A stretch of 64,000 bases of DNA from an uncultured Anaerolineales bacterium (GTDB lineage Bacteria; Chloroflexota; Anaerolineae; Anaerolineales; UBA11858), in the NCBI GenBank assembly GCA_964618295.1, contig CAZTWV010000010.1, forward strand, positions 5,820 to 69,819. The letters run 5' to 3'. Position numbers and translations under genes: made by a program. The notes below the pieces were generated by a model. It did no database searches. It was not told where the DNA came from and worked only from the letters and a program-made list of their open reading frames with translations. Positions within the stretch are counted from its first letter, which is position 1. The number at the start of each line of letters is the position of its first letter. Shown here piece by piece: positions 19,039-28,310 of the stretch.

Positions 19039-19113
19039 TCCAACTAGCCTGAAAGGTACGCATACACCTTGATGGAAAAACTAATTTTTTTTATTTATAC
19101 TAGGAGGTATAAA

Positions 19114-19260
19114 ATGTTATTTGCACCGAAAGAAAAGGGACAGGGCTTGGTAGAGTATGCACTCATTCTCGTTCTGGTAGCAGTTGTCGTGATTGTTATT
19201 CTCTCCCTGCTTGGCCCCGCGATTGGCGATGTCTTCAGCAATATCGTTTCGGGTATCTAA
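19114..19260 (+). CDS. flp: Flp/Fap family pilin (Tad pilus)
   Basis: AGGAGG RBS then MLFAPKEKG|QGLVEYALILVLVAVVVI; G cleavage site with E+5/Y+6 Flp motif; 48 aa. Confidence 0.95.
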   Translation: MLFAPKEKGQGLVEYALILVLVAVVVIVILSLLGPAIGDVFSNIVSGI

Positions 19261-19310
19261 ACTGATCTTCGGATCTACAGGCGTGTGACCGCCTCCTTAT
19301 GTCACAGTTT

Positions 19311-19340
19311 CAAAACCCTGCTTTCGAGCAGGGTTTTGTT
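19311..19340 (+). terminator. Intrinsic terminator after flp
   Basis: CAAAACCCTGCT-TTCG-AGCAGGGTTTTG perfect hairpin with U-rich tail. Confidence 0.85.
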
Positions 19341-19513
19341 ATCTATGGAAGTAGAACTTGCGAGAAAAATCAAAGTATACAGGATTGATAATTTGATTCG
19401 GGGGTAATTAAGTTATCATATAATTTATCTTGAGTTTGAAGAAACTGAATCAATTGTTCTATAATACGGTAAAATAATATAAAGCAATAATGAAACTAAA
19501 TTAGGAGGATGAC

Positions 19514-20611
19514 ATGCGACGGGGACGGGTTTTTCTTTACCTGGGCTTGATTTTGGTATTATTGTTGGTGGGGGGGTACCTGGTATATCAAAATTTTCTA
19601 CAACCAGCACCTGCTGCTTCAGACCCGGCCCAAGAAGTAGCTCCGGTAGACACTGTGGATGTCGTAGTGGTTACTCAAAAAGCTCCTCGGGGAACAGTGC
19701 TTAATGAGACTGTACTGGGATTAATTCCACTCCCCCGTGACCTTGTTATTGGGGGGATGTTTACAGATCTGGCACAAGTTGTCGGTCGCCAGGCAAAATT
19801 TGATCTGGACAGCGGTATTCCGCTAACGGCAAACATGCTTGTGGATAGTGCATCCCAACTATCAGATGCCGGTTCAGTTGCGGCTTTATCAATTCCAGAA
19901 GGTATGGTGGCAAAATCTATACCGATTAGTAAACTGGCAAGTGTTTCTTATGCGTTGAGGCCGGGAGACAGAGTAATTGTGATTGCATCCATGAATTTTG
20001 TCGATCTGGATCCGGATTTTCAAACCCTGCTTCCAAATCAAAGCGCAGTTGTACTGGGGTCGCTGGCAGTTCCTGGGGCAGAGGGAGGAGCAGCGAGGTT
20101 AACATCAGAAATTACAAGCTCAGAAAGTGGATCTCCAGTTGGGAAAACATTTACTGATGAAGAACTTCCTGAGGAAACTTTTTATGAAATTCCCTCGGAA
20201 ACCCAGCGACCAAGACTGGCAGCACAAACAATCATCCCAAGCGCTATCGTTTTGAAAGTGGGAGATTTTGATTTTGATGACAGCAGCGCTTCTCAAGCGC
20301 CAACGCCAACCCCTGTTCCAGAAGGTGAGGAAGCTCCACCACCTCCGGCGGCAAAAGCGCCAGATAACATCACGCTGATTGTTACTCCACAGGAGGCTGT
20401 TACACTTACTTACTTGCTTGACAGTGGGGTTGATTTGAGCCTGGCTTTGAGATCAGCAGGAGACTCAACAGTTATAGACACGTCTACAACAACCCTTCAG
20501 TTTTTCCTTGACGAATACGCTATCCCTCTGCCGGCAAAATTACCCTACGCAGTAGGGGGTAGCAGTATAACAAATCAGAACGGAGGGGACACACCTGAAG
20601 CCGTTCCGTAA
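19514..20611 (+). CDS. cpaB: Flp pilus assembly protein CpaB/RcpC (SAF domain)
   Basis: N-terminal TM, VVVVTQKAPRG SAF domain, SIPEGMVA, LRPGDRV and TLIVTPQEA..L motifs; located in the Tad locus. Confidence 0.88.
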   Translation: MRRGRVFLYLGLILVLLLVGGYLVYQNFLQPAPAASDPAQEVAPVDTVDVVVVTQKAPRGTVLNETVLGLIPLPRDLVIGGMFTDLAQVVGRQAKFDLDSGIPLTANMLVDSASQLSDAGSVAALSIPEGMVAKSIPISKLASVSYALRPGDRVIVIASMNFVDLDPDFQTLLPNQSAVVLGSLAVPGAEGGAARLTSEITSSESGSPVGKTFTDEELPEETFYEIPSETQRPRLAAQTIIPSAIVLKVGDFDFDDSSASQAPTPTPVPEGEEAPPPPAAKAPDNITLIVTPQEAVTLTYLLDSGVDLSLALRSAGDSTVIDTSTTTLQFFLDEYAIPLPAKLPYAVGGSSITNQNGGDTPEAVP

Positions 20612-20650
20612 GCAACAATTGCTTCGATCTAAACTTTTTTGGGGAAAATA

Positions 20651-21883
20651 ATGTCAGAAAATACGTATTCGGTATTAATTGTAGACGATCACCAGGAAAC
20701 TCGACGCAACATCAGCAAACTCCTGCAGTTTGAGGGCGATATTAATGTGGTTGGGACTGCTCAAAATGGTCAGGAGGCGATCCAGCAAACTATCAACCTG
20801 GATCCTGATGTTGTCTTGATGGATATCAATATGCCTGATATGGATGGGATTCAGGCAACGGAAAGAATCCAGGAAAAAGCACCTATCTCCCAAATTGTTA
20901 TTTTGTCTGTCCAGGGCGATACAAATTACATGCGAAGCGCAATGCTTGCGGGAGCGCGTGATTTTATTACAAAACCAGTTAAGGGGGATGAGCTGGTAAA
21001 TGTGATCAGAAGAGCTGGGCAAAAAGCAAAAGAAAGGCGGCAGGAGGCTGTTTTTGTTGGTCGGGGAACCGGGTCATTAAAAGACCCGCGAGGGACCACG
21101 ATCCAATTATCATCAGTAGGAAAACTGATTACAGTCTACAGCCCAAAAGGCGGGGTAGGAAAAACGACCGTAGCAACTAATCTTGCTGTGGCGCTGCACA
21201 GTGATGAAACTCCGGTCATAATAGTGGATATAAGCTTGCAGTTCGGAGATGTTGCAGTTTTTCTAAATGAACGCAGCCGAAACACTATCGTGGATTTAAC
21301 ACCAATTGCAGATCAGCTTGATCCAGAACTTGTTGATGACGTGGTTATTCATCATAAAAAATCAGGGATTGACATTTTATCTGCACCGTCTCACCCGGAA
21401 GACGCAGAAAAAGTCTCGGGCCCTCAAGTCATAAAGGTCTTAGAGTTCCTGAGAAGGATGTATTCCTATGTGATTGTTGACACGGATTCTGGTTTATCAG
21501 ATGTAGTACTGGACACTTTAGATGCAAGTGATTTAATACTATTGGTTTCTTCGCAAGATATTCCAGCTATAATTAACACCAGGATGATGTTATCTTTGCT
21601 TCAAGCTTTGAACGTTTCCAACAAGAAGATATTCTTGGTTATGAATAGGTTTGATAAGCAAATTGCAATAACCCCGGAAAAGATTAGTAAAAATTTAGGA
21701 CACAAGATAGGTGTAGTTATCCCGGAAGACAAGGAAGTTGTAATCCCCGCGGTCAATCGGGGGATTCCTTTTATGATGTCAGATGGTCAGTCAAAAGAGA
21801 TCGGGAAAAGTATGTTAGAACTAACCGGAAAAATCCGGGAAATATTGAAGGAATTAGAACAAGCTCAAATGCTGGAACCGTAA
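20651..21883 (+). CDS. cpaE: CpaE/TadZ-like protein: receiver domain + MinD/ParA ATPase
   Basis: VLIVDD...VLMDINMP...FITKP receiver domain; SPKGGVGKTT deviant Walker A. Confidence 0.88.
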   Translation: MSENTYSVLIVDDHQETRRNISKLLQFEGDINVVGTAQNGQEAIQQTINLDPDVVLMDINMPDMDGIQATERIQEKAPISQIVILSVQGDTNYMRSAMLAGARDFITKPVKGDELVNVIRRAGQKAKERRQEAVFVGRGTGSLKDPRGTTIQLSSVGKLITVYSPKGGVGKTTVATNLAVALHSDETPVIIVDISLQFGDVAVFLNERSRNTIVDLTPIADQLDPELVDDVVIHHKKSGIDILSAPSHPEDAEKVSGPQVIKVLEFLRRMYSYVIVDTDSGLSDVVLDTLDASDLILLVSSQDIPAIINTRMMLSLLQALNVSNKKIFLVMNRFDKQIAITPEKISKNLGHKIGVVIPEDKEVVIPAVNRGIPFMMSDGQSKEIGKSMLELTGKIREILKELEQAQMLEP

Positions 21884-21919
21884 TCCGTAGTAGAAACAAT
21901 TTCTAATAAGGGGCTCAAA

Positions 21920-23323
21920 ATGTCTTTACTGAAAAGAATTGAAGAGGGAAAAAAAACTGGTGAGTTAGATAAAAGTACTGGGAGCTCATCATCACAATCT
22001 CGTCTTGGGAGCTTAGAAGCTAGACGCGTTTCTCCTCCCCGAAAAGATGCTCAAGATGAAACCTACTCGGATTTAAAAACTAGAGTTCAGAATCGGCTGC
22101 TTGCTGAGCTTGATCCAGCAATTGATGTTTCGGAGGTCGATAAGGTCAAGGGGATGATCCGAGATCTCTTTGAGCAAATTCTATCTGAAGAAAGTATAGT
22201 CCTTTCCAGACAGGAAAAACATCGCCTTTTTGAACAGATTGCTGCCGAGATACTCGGCTTTGGTCCTCTTCAGCCGCTTTTGGAGGATAATGATATTACC
22301 GAAGTGATGGTAAATGGTGCGAAAAGTGTATATTTTGAGAAAGCAGGGAAAATACACCGCGCCCCAATCACATTTGAAAGTGATGAACACGTGATGAGGA
22401 TCATCGACCGCATTGTGGCACCGCTCGGCAGGCGGATTGATGAGTCAAGCCCGTATGTTGATGCCCGTCTTCCAGATGGGTCTCGTGTTAATGCAGTAAT
22501 TCCCCCAATTTCACTTGTTGGGCCATGCTTGACAATCCGTAAATTTTCTAAAGATCCCTTTACTGTAGAGCAGCTGATCGATTTTGGCACTTTGACACCA
22601 GGGGTAGTTCAGTTTCTAGAAGCTGCGGTTAAATCAAGATTTAACGTGATCATTTCTGGAGGTACAGGTTCCGGAAAAACCACCTTGTTGAATGTTCTGT
22701 CTCAATTTATTCCGAATGATGATCGGATTATCACTGTTGAGAATGCTGCAGAACTTCAGCTCAGGCAGGATCATGTAGTGACCCTTGAATCGAGACCCCC
22801 AAATATTGAGGGGAGAGGAGAGGTAACGATTCGTCAGCTTGTGATTAATACCCTCCGGATGAGACCGGATCGAATAATTGTGGGTGAGATCCGAGGTGAG
22901 GAATCACTGGATATGCTGCAGGCAATGAACACGGGTCATGACGGCTCGCTGACAACTGCTCACTCCAACTCTCCCCGCGATACGCTGTCCAGAATTGAAA
23001 CTATGGCTCTAATGGCTGGTATGGATTTACCGGTGAGAGCAATTCGAGAGCAAATCTCTTCGGCAATTGATCTGATTGTTCATCAGAGCAGAATGCAGGA
23101 TGGATCCAGAAAAGTAGTTTATGTGTCCGAGGTGATAGGAATGGAGGGGGACGTCATAACCATGCAGGACATATTCCGGTTTGAGCAAACCGCAATCGAA
23201 GATGGCGTGGTTTATGGTGAGTTGCGGCCAACTGGCTTAAGGCCGAAGTATATGGACAAAATTGAAGGCGCTGGTATTCATCTTGCGCCATCAATATTCT
23301 CCAGAAAACAGGGAGCCAGATAA
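21920..23323 (+). CDS. tadA: Tad pilus ATPase CpaF/TadA
   Basis: [32 protein letters not shown] and AMNTGHDG motifs. Confidence 0.95.
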   Translation: MSLLKRIEEGKKTGELDKSTGSSSSQSRLGSLEARRVSPPRKDAQDETYSDLKTRVQNRLLAELDPAIDVSEVDKVKGMIRDLFEQILSEESIVLSRQEKHRLFEQIAAEILGFGPLQPLLEDNDITEVMVNGAKSVYFEKAGKIHRAPITFESDEHVMRIIDRIVAPLGRRIDESSPYVDARLPDGSRVNAVIPPISLVGPCLTIRKFSKDPFTVEQLIDFGTLTPGVVQFLEAAVKSRFNVIISGGTGSGKTTLLNVLSQFIPNDDRIITVENAAELQLRQDHVVTLESRPPNIEGRGEVTIRQLVINTLRMRPDRIIVGEIRGEESLDMLQAMNTGHDGSLTTAHSNSPRDTLSRIETMALMAGMDLPVRAIREQISSAIDLIVHQSRMQDGSRKVVYVSEVIGMEGDVITMQDIFRFEQTAIEDGVVYGELRPTGLRPKYMDKIEGAGIHLAPSIFSRKQGAR

Positions 23324-23352
23324 ACTTAGTCAGGCGATTCAGGGTTTAGATT

Positions 23353-24318
23353 ATGAACATAGTATTGATTGTAGGTGGAGGAATTTCAGCGGTTCTATTG
23401 GTGATCGGAATCGTAATATCTATTCAAGAAGAGCAATCTGTTCTGGATGACCGTTTTTCACATTATGTGGAAGAAGAATTCGATGAAGCTGTTGAAATGG
23501 CTAAAGAACAGAAAGCTTCACCGCTTGCGGAATGGCTGGATCGACAGCTGGAAGGTTCTAACTTCGGAGATAAAATTGCTGCGAATCTAGCTCAGGCGGA
23601 CTTAAAGCTCCGGCCGGCTGAATATGTTGCTGCAACAGTTATAGCCTCAATCGGATTAGCATTTGTCGCCTGGATGATTGGTGGACAGTCAATAATATCT
23701 GCAATGATCGGTGCTGTAGTTGGCGCAATGGGTCCAAGGGCATATGTCAGAAGGTCTCAAAATACACGCTTGACGACATTTGGAAACCAGCTTCCTGATA
23801 TGCTCAATCTTGTTGTAAATGGGCTCCGAGCTGGATATTCTACAATGCAAGCCTTGGAAGCTGTCAGCAGGGAACTCCCCCCGCCAATTTCGGATGAATT
23901 TAGGCGTGTTGTTCAGGAGATGCAGCTAGGTATATCAATGGAAGTTGCATTAAGCAACCTGCTCAGAAGAATTCCCAGTGATGATTTAGATCTGATTATC
24001 ACTGCAATAAATGTTCAGCGAGAGGTTGGAGGTAATTTAGCGGAAATTTTGGATACGATATCCTACACGATCCGGGAGAGAATCAAGATCGCTGGAGAGA
24101 TTCGAGTGCTGGTTTCCCAGGTGATGTATTCGGGAAAATTCCTGGCTATGCTGCCGTTGATCCTGATGGGGTTGTTATGGTTTGCGAACCGTGAATATTT
24201 GATGACCTTTTTTGAACCAGGAAATTTACTCTGCGGGGGAATTATGTTAGGGATTGCCGGAGTAATGGTGTTAGCTGGTTACATTGTGATGACTAGATTG
24301 GCGGATATTGAAATATAA
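23353..24318 (+). CDS. tadB: Tad platform protein TadB (T2SSF domain)
   Basis: QLPDMLNLVVNGLRAGYS and QREVGGNLAEIL motifs. Confidence 0.92.
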   Translation: MNIVLIVGGGISAVLLVIGIVISIQEEQSVLDDRFSHYVEEEFDEAVEMAKEQKASPLAEWLDRQLEGSNFGDKIAANLAQADLKLRPAEYVAATVIASIGLAFVAWMIGGQSIISAMIGAVVGAMGPRAYVRRSQNTRLTTFGNQLPDMLNLVVNGLRAGYSTMQALEAVSRELPPPISDEFRRVVQEMQLGISMEVALSNLLRRIPSDDLDLIITAINVQREVGGNLAEILDTISYTIRERIKIAGEIRVLVSQVMYSGKFLAMLPLILMGLLWFANREYLMTFFEPGNLLCGGIMLGIAGVMVLAGYIVMTRLADIEI

Positions 24319-24333
24319 GAGGATGGAGGATTC

Positions 24334-25284
24334 ATGAGCACACTTATATGGGTTGTACTTCTAGTTGTTGTGATACTTTCGGTTGTGCTTGTCCTGGTCG
24401 GTATGCGCCAGAGAAAGGATGAAACCCCCTTTGAGGAAAGATTAAATGAATATATTTCAAGGGGGGAGGAAATTACACTGGAAGAAATTGAGCTCTCCCA
24501 GCCAATTACTGAAAGAATCCTGGTACCTTTGGCTGAAAAAATTGGAGAGCTGACAGAAAAATTTACCCCACAAAATGCGATTGAACAAACTGAAAGAAAA
24601 CTTGAATTGGCGGGAAATCCACCAGGATTAGATCCGACTATCTTTTGGGCGTCCAGATTTATTGCATCGATCGGTGTCGGCGGGTTGTTATTATTTGTGT
24701 TTTCAATGGGTACAGTCCAATGGTCCTGGGGGCGGAAATTGCTTCTGACAGGCCTTTTTGTAGTCGTTGGTTTCTTTTTACCCCAGCTATTGCTTCAAAG
24801 CAAAATAAACAGCAGGCAGGACGAGATTAGAAAATCAATGCCGGATGCTCTGGACCTTTTGACAATTTGTGTCCAGGCTGGTTTGGGCTTTGATGCAGCA
24901 ATGGCAAAAGTTGCTGAAAAATGGGAAGATGCACTTGCAGATGAATTTGGGCGTGTGCTTAGAGAAGTGCAGTTGGGCAGCATCCGGAGAGATGCATTAA
25001 GAAATATGTCGGAAAGAATCGGGATTGCTGAAATGACTAGTTTTGTGGCAGCCATTATTCAGAGTGAGCAGCTTGGTGTAAGTATGGCAAAAGTGCTGAG
25101 AATCCAATCAGACCAGATGCGCACCCGGCGAAGACAAATTGCAGAAGAAAAAGCCCAACAGGCCCCAGTAAAAATGCTTTTTCCAATGGCTTTGCTAATT
25201 TTCCCATCATTGTTAATTATCTTGTTAGGACCGGCTGGGCTGCAGCTTAAGGACTCGGCGCTCGGCAGTATGTTCGGGGGGTAA
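24334..25284 (+). CDS. tadC: Tad platform protein TadC (T2SSF domain)
   Basis: MPDALDLLTICVQAGLGFD, QSEQLG and APVKMLFP motifs. Confidence 0.92.
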   Translation: MSTLIWVVLLVVVILSVVLVLVGMRQRKDETPFEERLNEYISRGEEITLEEIELSQPITERILVPLAEKIGELTEKFTPQNAIEQTERKLELAGNPPGLDPTIFWASRFIASIGVGGLLLFVFSMGTVQWSWGRKLLLTGLFVVVGFFLPQLLLQSKINSRQDEIRKSMPDALDLLTICVQAGLGFDAAMAKVAEKWEDALADEFGRVLREVQLGSIRRDALRNMSERIGIAEMTSFVAAIIQSEQLGVSMAKVLRIQSDQMRTRRRQIAEEKAQQAPVKMLFPMALLIFPSLLIILLGPAGLQLKDSALGSMFGG

Positions 25285-25333
25285 TTGCAAATTTTATAAA
25301 TCGAGACAGTTTATGGCTTAGATCTGGAAGGTT

Positions 25334-26041
25334 ATGAAGTCTCGTTTATTTAAGTGGACCTGGAAAATAATTGACTTGTTTTATCCGCCTCAGTGTGCGG
25401 GTTGTGGAGAAAACGGCATCAGGTGGTGCGATGATTGCAAGAAAAGTCTTGTTTTGGTCGAGAGGAATACTTGCTCTAAATGTGGTGAACCTCTGAAAAC
25501 TGAAGGACGAGAAATTTGTTTGAGATGCTCAACAGGGGTTACATACTTTCAACAACTTAAATCCTATGCAGTCTATCAAGATCCTTTAAAATCAGCGATT
25601 CAACAATTTAAATACAAGCGAAACCTCGGTCTAGGGGAAATATTTGCCGGGGATTTGATGGATGTTCTGAAAAAATCAAATTGGCAAATTGATTTAATTG
25701 TCCCTGTTCCATTGTCAAAAGCCAGAATTCGAGAACATGGATACAATCAAGCCCGGGTCTTGGCAAGGCCTTTAGGCTGGAAAATGGAAATACCAGTTCA
25801 GGAGAATCTACTAGTACGACATAGAGATACAAAACCACAAGTGGGGTTATCATTAGCCGAGAGAGAACAAAATCTCCAAGATGCATTTAGGGCAAAAGAT
25901 AGTGGTTGTATTGCTGGAAAAAATATTCTGATTGTTGATGACGTGATTACATCTGGTTCAACAATGAATGCCTGTGCAAAAGCCTTTCATGAGGCAGGTG
26001 CTGGTGCTGTTTATGGGGTTTCTCTTGCGCGTGCGATTTGA
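25334..26041 (+). CDS. comF: ComF family protein (double Zn ribbon + phosphoribosyltransferase)
   Basis: PPQCAGC, C..C pairs, VPVPLS, GYNQA and ILIVDDVITSGST motifs. Confidence 0.9.
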   Translation: MKSRLFKWTWKIIDLFYPPQCAGCGENGIRWCDDCKKSLVLVERNTCSKCGEPLKTEGREICLRCSTGVTYFQQLKSYAVYQDPLKSAIQQFKYKRNLGLGEIFAGDLMDVLKKSNWQIDLIVPVPLSKARIREHGYNQARVLARPLGWKMEIPVQENLLVRHRDTKPQVGLSLAEREQNLQDAFRAKDSGCIAGKNILIVDDVITSGSTMNACAKAFHEAGAGAVYGVSLARAI

Positions 26042-26080
26042 GTTTAGTGAAAACTAAATAACAAAATAATGGAGGTATAA

Positions 26081-26632
26081 ATGGTAATGGAAGTAAAAAT
26101 ATTTAGCCGTAACTTGGAAGTTTCTCAGAACTTGGAGGATCAGGTATACAGAAAAGTGGGAGATTTGGACCGGTTTTTAGATGACATTGTAGAGGCAAGA
26201 GTAGATCTAAAATCAACAAATGCTAGAAATGCAGATGAACGAGAGGTTGTTCAGATTACTGTTCATGGCAAAGGGTTCTTACTAAGAGCGGAAGAAAGGG
26301 CTGGTGATATCGTCGCAGCTTTGAACATGGCGGTTGACACAATTCAAAGAAGAATCAAACGCTACAAAGGGAAACGGAATGAACGCTGGAAGAAGGGGGT
26401 TGAACTGGATCCGACGCAATTCCTGGAGGAAGAGGAATACCCGGATCCAGTCATTGCCAGAAGAAAGCGTTTTGCTCTCAGACCGATGGGAGAATTGGAA
26501 GCAATTGAACAAATGGAGCTGTTGGGACACAATGATTTTTTTGTGTTTTATAATGCTGAGACTGATGGGATCAATGTTCTGTATCGAAGGAAAGATGATA
26601 CTTATGGTTTGATCGCTCCTGACATAGTCTGA
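26081..26632 (+). CDS. hpf: Ribosome hibernation promoting factor (long HPF/RaiA)
   Basis: LRAEER...A...AVD.IQRRIKRYK; C-terminal EAIEQMELLGHNDFFVFYN...NVLYRRKDDTYGLI. Confidence 0.93.
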   Translation: MVMEVKIFSRNLEVSQNLEDQVYRKVGDLDRFLDDIVEARVDLKSTNARNADEREVVQITVHGKGFLLRAEERAGDIVAALNMAVDTIQRRIKRYKGKRNERWKKGVELDPTQFLEEEEYPDPVIARRKRFALRPMGELEAIEQMELLGHNDFFVFYNAETDGINVLYRRKDDTYGLIAPDIV

Positions 26633-26642
26633 GATTTAGAAA

Positions 26643-26682
26643 AAACCAGAAAGCAGTTTGACGTAGCTGCTTTCTGGTTTGT
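26643..26682 (+). terminator. Intrinsic terminator after hpf
   Basis: AAACCAGAAAGCAG...CTGCTTTCTGGTTT inverted repeat. Confidence 0.8.
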
Positions 26683-26719
26683 ATTAATAAAACGAACTGG
26701 GTTGGTTAACAACTCGTCC

Positions 26720-26748
26720 TTGACAATCAGAGGGGGTAGTTCTAGACT
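26720..26748 (+). promoter_or_regulatory. Sigma70-type promoter of folE
   Basis: TTGACA-17 bp-TAGACT. Confidence 0.6.
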
Positions 26749-26789
26749 AAAAGGCAATAATTACTTTCAGTTCAAATAAGGAATTCACG

Positions 26790-27422
26790 ATGCATGAAAA
26801 TACGGAAATTTTAGAACGGGTCGCCGATTTGTTTTCGGGTGAGATAGACCATCAAACTATTGTAGGAGCTGTAGAAAGAATACTTGCTGCAATAGGAGAA
26901 GATGTGAATAGAGAGGGTCTAGAAAGGACACCTGTCCGTGTTGCCAATGCGTATCATGAACTCTTAGCTGGCTACAGGACTGACCCGATAGAACTATTAA
27001 ATGAAGCAATATTTGACGTAACATATGATGAGATGGTTGTAGTTCGGGATATCGAGTATTATTCGATGTGCGAACACCATATGCTGCCGTTCCTCGGCAG
27101 GGCTCATGTGGCATACTTACCGAATGGTAAAGTAATTGGATTGTCAAAAATTCCAAGAATTGTTGATATGTTTGCTCGAAGACTGCAGGTTCAGGAAAGG
27201 ATGACCCGGCAAATTGCAGAGTTGATAGAAGAACTGCTGCACCCTAAAGGTGTTGCAGTCGTAGTGGAAGGTATGCATCTTTGCTCGGTAATGAGGGGAG
27301 TAAAGAAACATGATGCAAGAATGACTACCTCGTCCATGTTGGGTGGGTTCCGAAAGAGTCTATCGACCAGGCAGGAATTCTTGGATATCATAGCCCGGGG
27401 TGCTACACCGCTGCAAATTTAA
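26790..27422 (+). CDS. folE: GTP cyclohydrolase I
   Basis: [36 protein letters not shown] and HLCSVMRG motifs. Confidence 0.97.
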   Translation: MHENTEILERVADLFSGEIDHQTIVGAVERILAAIGEDVNREGLERTPVRVANAYHELLAGYRTDPIELLNEAIFDVTYDEMVVVRDIEYYSMCEHHMLPFLGRAHVAYLPNGKVIGLSKIPRIVDMFARRLQVQERMTRQIAELIEELLHPKGVAVVVEGMHLCSVMRGVKKHDARMTTSSMLGGFRKSLSTRQEFLDIIARGATPLQI

Positions 27423-27432
27423 TTATGATTAA

Positions 27433-27939
27433 TTAGTCTAAAAAACGGCTTAGATCCATATTGGCTGCTGGAAAGATCTTTGTTCTGGCAGCTAGTTTTT
27501 TTGCCTGGTCACTTAAAATCATGCCAGTCTCGAGCTGGGAGAGGTGTGGAATTATTTCTGATGCGGGGACGGCTAAGTGGGCCTGGGTCCAAATTTCAAG
27601 GTCAAGGATTTTTTCATTTTCGATCAAGATATCAATATCAATTGTTCGAGGAGAATTCTTGTCTTCTATCCTGCGTCGTCCAAGTTGATTTTCAACCTTG
27701 CTGAGAACATTCATTTTTAAATCAGCAGGTGCTAGTTTTGATTGAATTAAAAGAGCTGCATTCAGAAAATCTGGCCCATCACTTCCAACAGCTTCTGATT
27801 TCCAAACTGATGAGACGTGTAATATGCTAACCTCTGGAGCGAGAAGTTTTACTGCCTTGATGATGTTTTCAGTCGGGTTGATGTTACTGCCGAGGCTGAG
27901 TAAAAATTGATTGGTGTCACTATCAGTTGGAACGTTCAA
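27433..27939 (-). CDS. folK: 6-hydroxymethyl-7,8-dihydropterin pyrophosphokinase
   Basis: LSLGSNI, DFLNAA and ENQLGR...PRTIDIDIL motifs; likely TTG start at 27939 after GGAG, overlapping the folB end. Confidence 0.9.
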   Translation of the reverse strand: MNVPTDSDTNQFLLSLGSNINPTENIIKAVKLLAPEVSILHVSSVWKSEAVGSDGPDFLNAALLIQSKLAPADLKMNVLSKVENQLGRRRIEDKNSPRTIDIDILIENEKILDLEIWTQAHLAVPASEIIPHLSQLETGMILSDQAKKLAARTKIFPAANMDLSRFLD

Positions 27940-28273
27940 TTTCAACTCCAACTGATTTTGCAAAACGAACAGCTCCGGGTTTTTCAACACAAACTTTGAC
28001 TTTTTGAACTCCATTAACTGCGAGACATTCAGCAGCGATGTCGGCGGCGAGAGCTTCTACAGTCAAGCGATGACAGTTCTCAGCAAGTTTTTGAGCTTTT
28101 TTTGCTACTGTCCGGTAATTGATACTATCATCGATATCGTCTGTTTCCCCCGCTTTTGATAAATCCCCGGAAAGTGTGATGTTTATTTTTATTTCTTGAG
28201 GCTTTTTCCTTTCCCAATCATTGATCCCGATAATTCCCCGCGCAATAAGATCTTTGATAATGACTTTATCCAT
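27923..28273 (-). CDS. folB: Dihydroneopterin aldolase
   Basis: IIKDLIARGIIGINDWER..PQ, DDSINY, L.VEALA and KPGAVRFA.SVGVEI motifs. Confidence 0.93.
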   Translation of the reverse strand: MDKVIIKDLIARGIIGINDWERKKPQEIKINITLSGDLSKAGETDDIDDSINYRTVAKKAQKLAENCHRLTVEALAADIAAECLAVNGVQKVKVCVEKPGAVRFAKSVGVEIERSN

Positions 28274-28310
28274 AAACGTCTCCTGGCTGAATTGCTCAAT
28301 ATTTTTCATT

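Noticed and set aside
19040-19113. flp leader with a small GAAA-tetraloop hairpin and a T run, as a possible c-di-GMP riboswitch
   Set aside because: Only a 4-bp stem; the second stem and conserved GEMM-I/II nucleotides are not recognisable. An Rfam scan would be needed.
19284-19306. TGTGA...TCACA as a CRP/FNR-type operator
   Set aside because: The spacer is 13 bp rather than 6, and the site lies between a stop codon and a terminator; an RNA hairpin is the better explanation.
27940-28014. N-terminal extension of folK as given in the ORF track
   Set aside because: It overlaps folB by about 90 bp and has no HPPK similarity; TTG 27939 with a GGAG RBS is more plausible.
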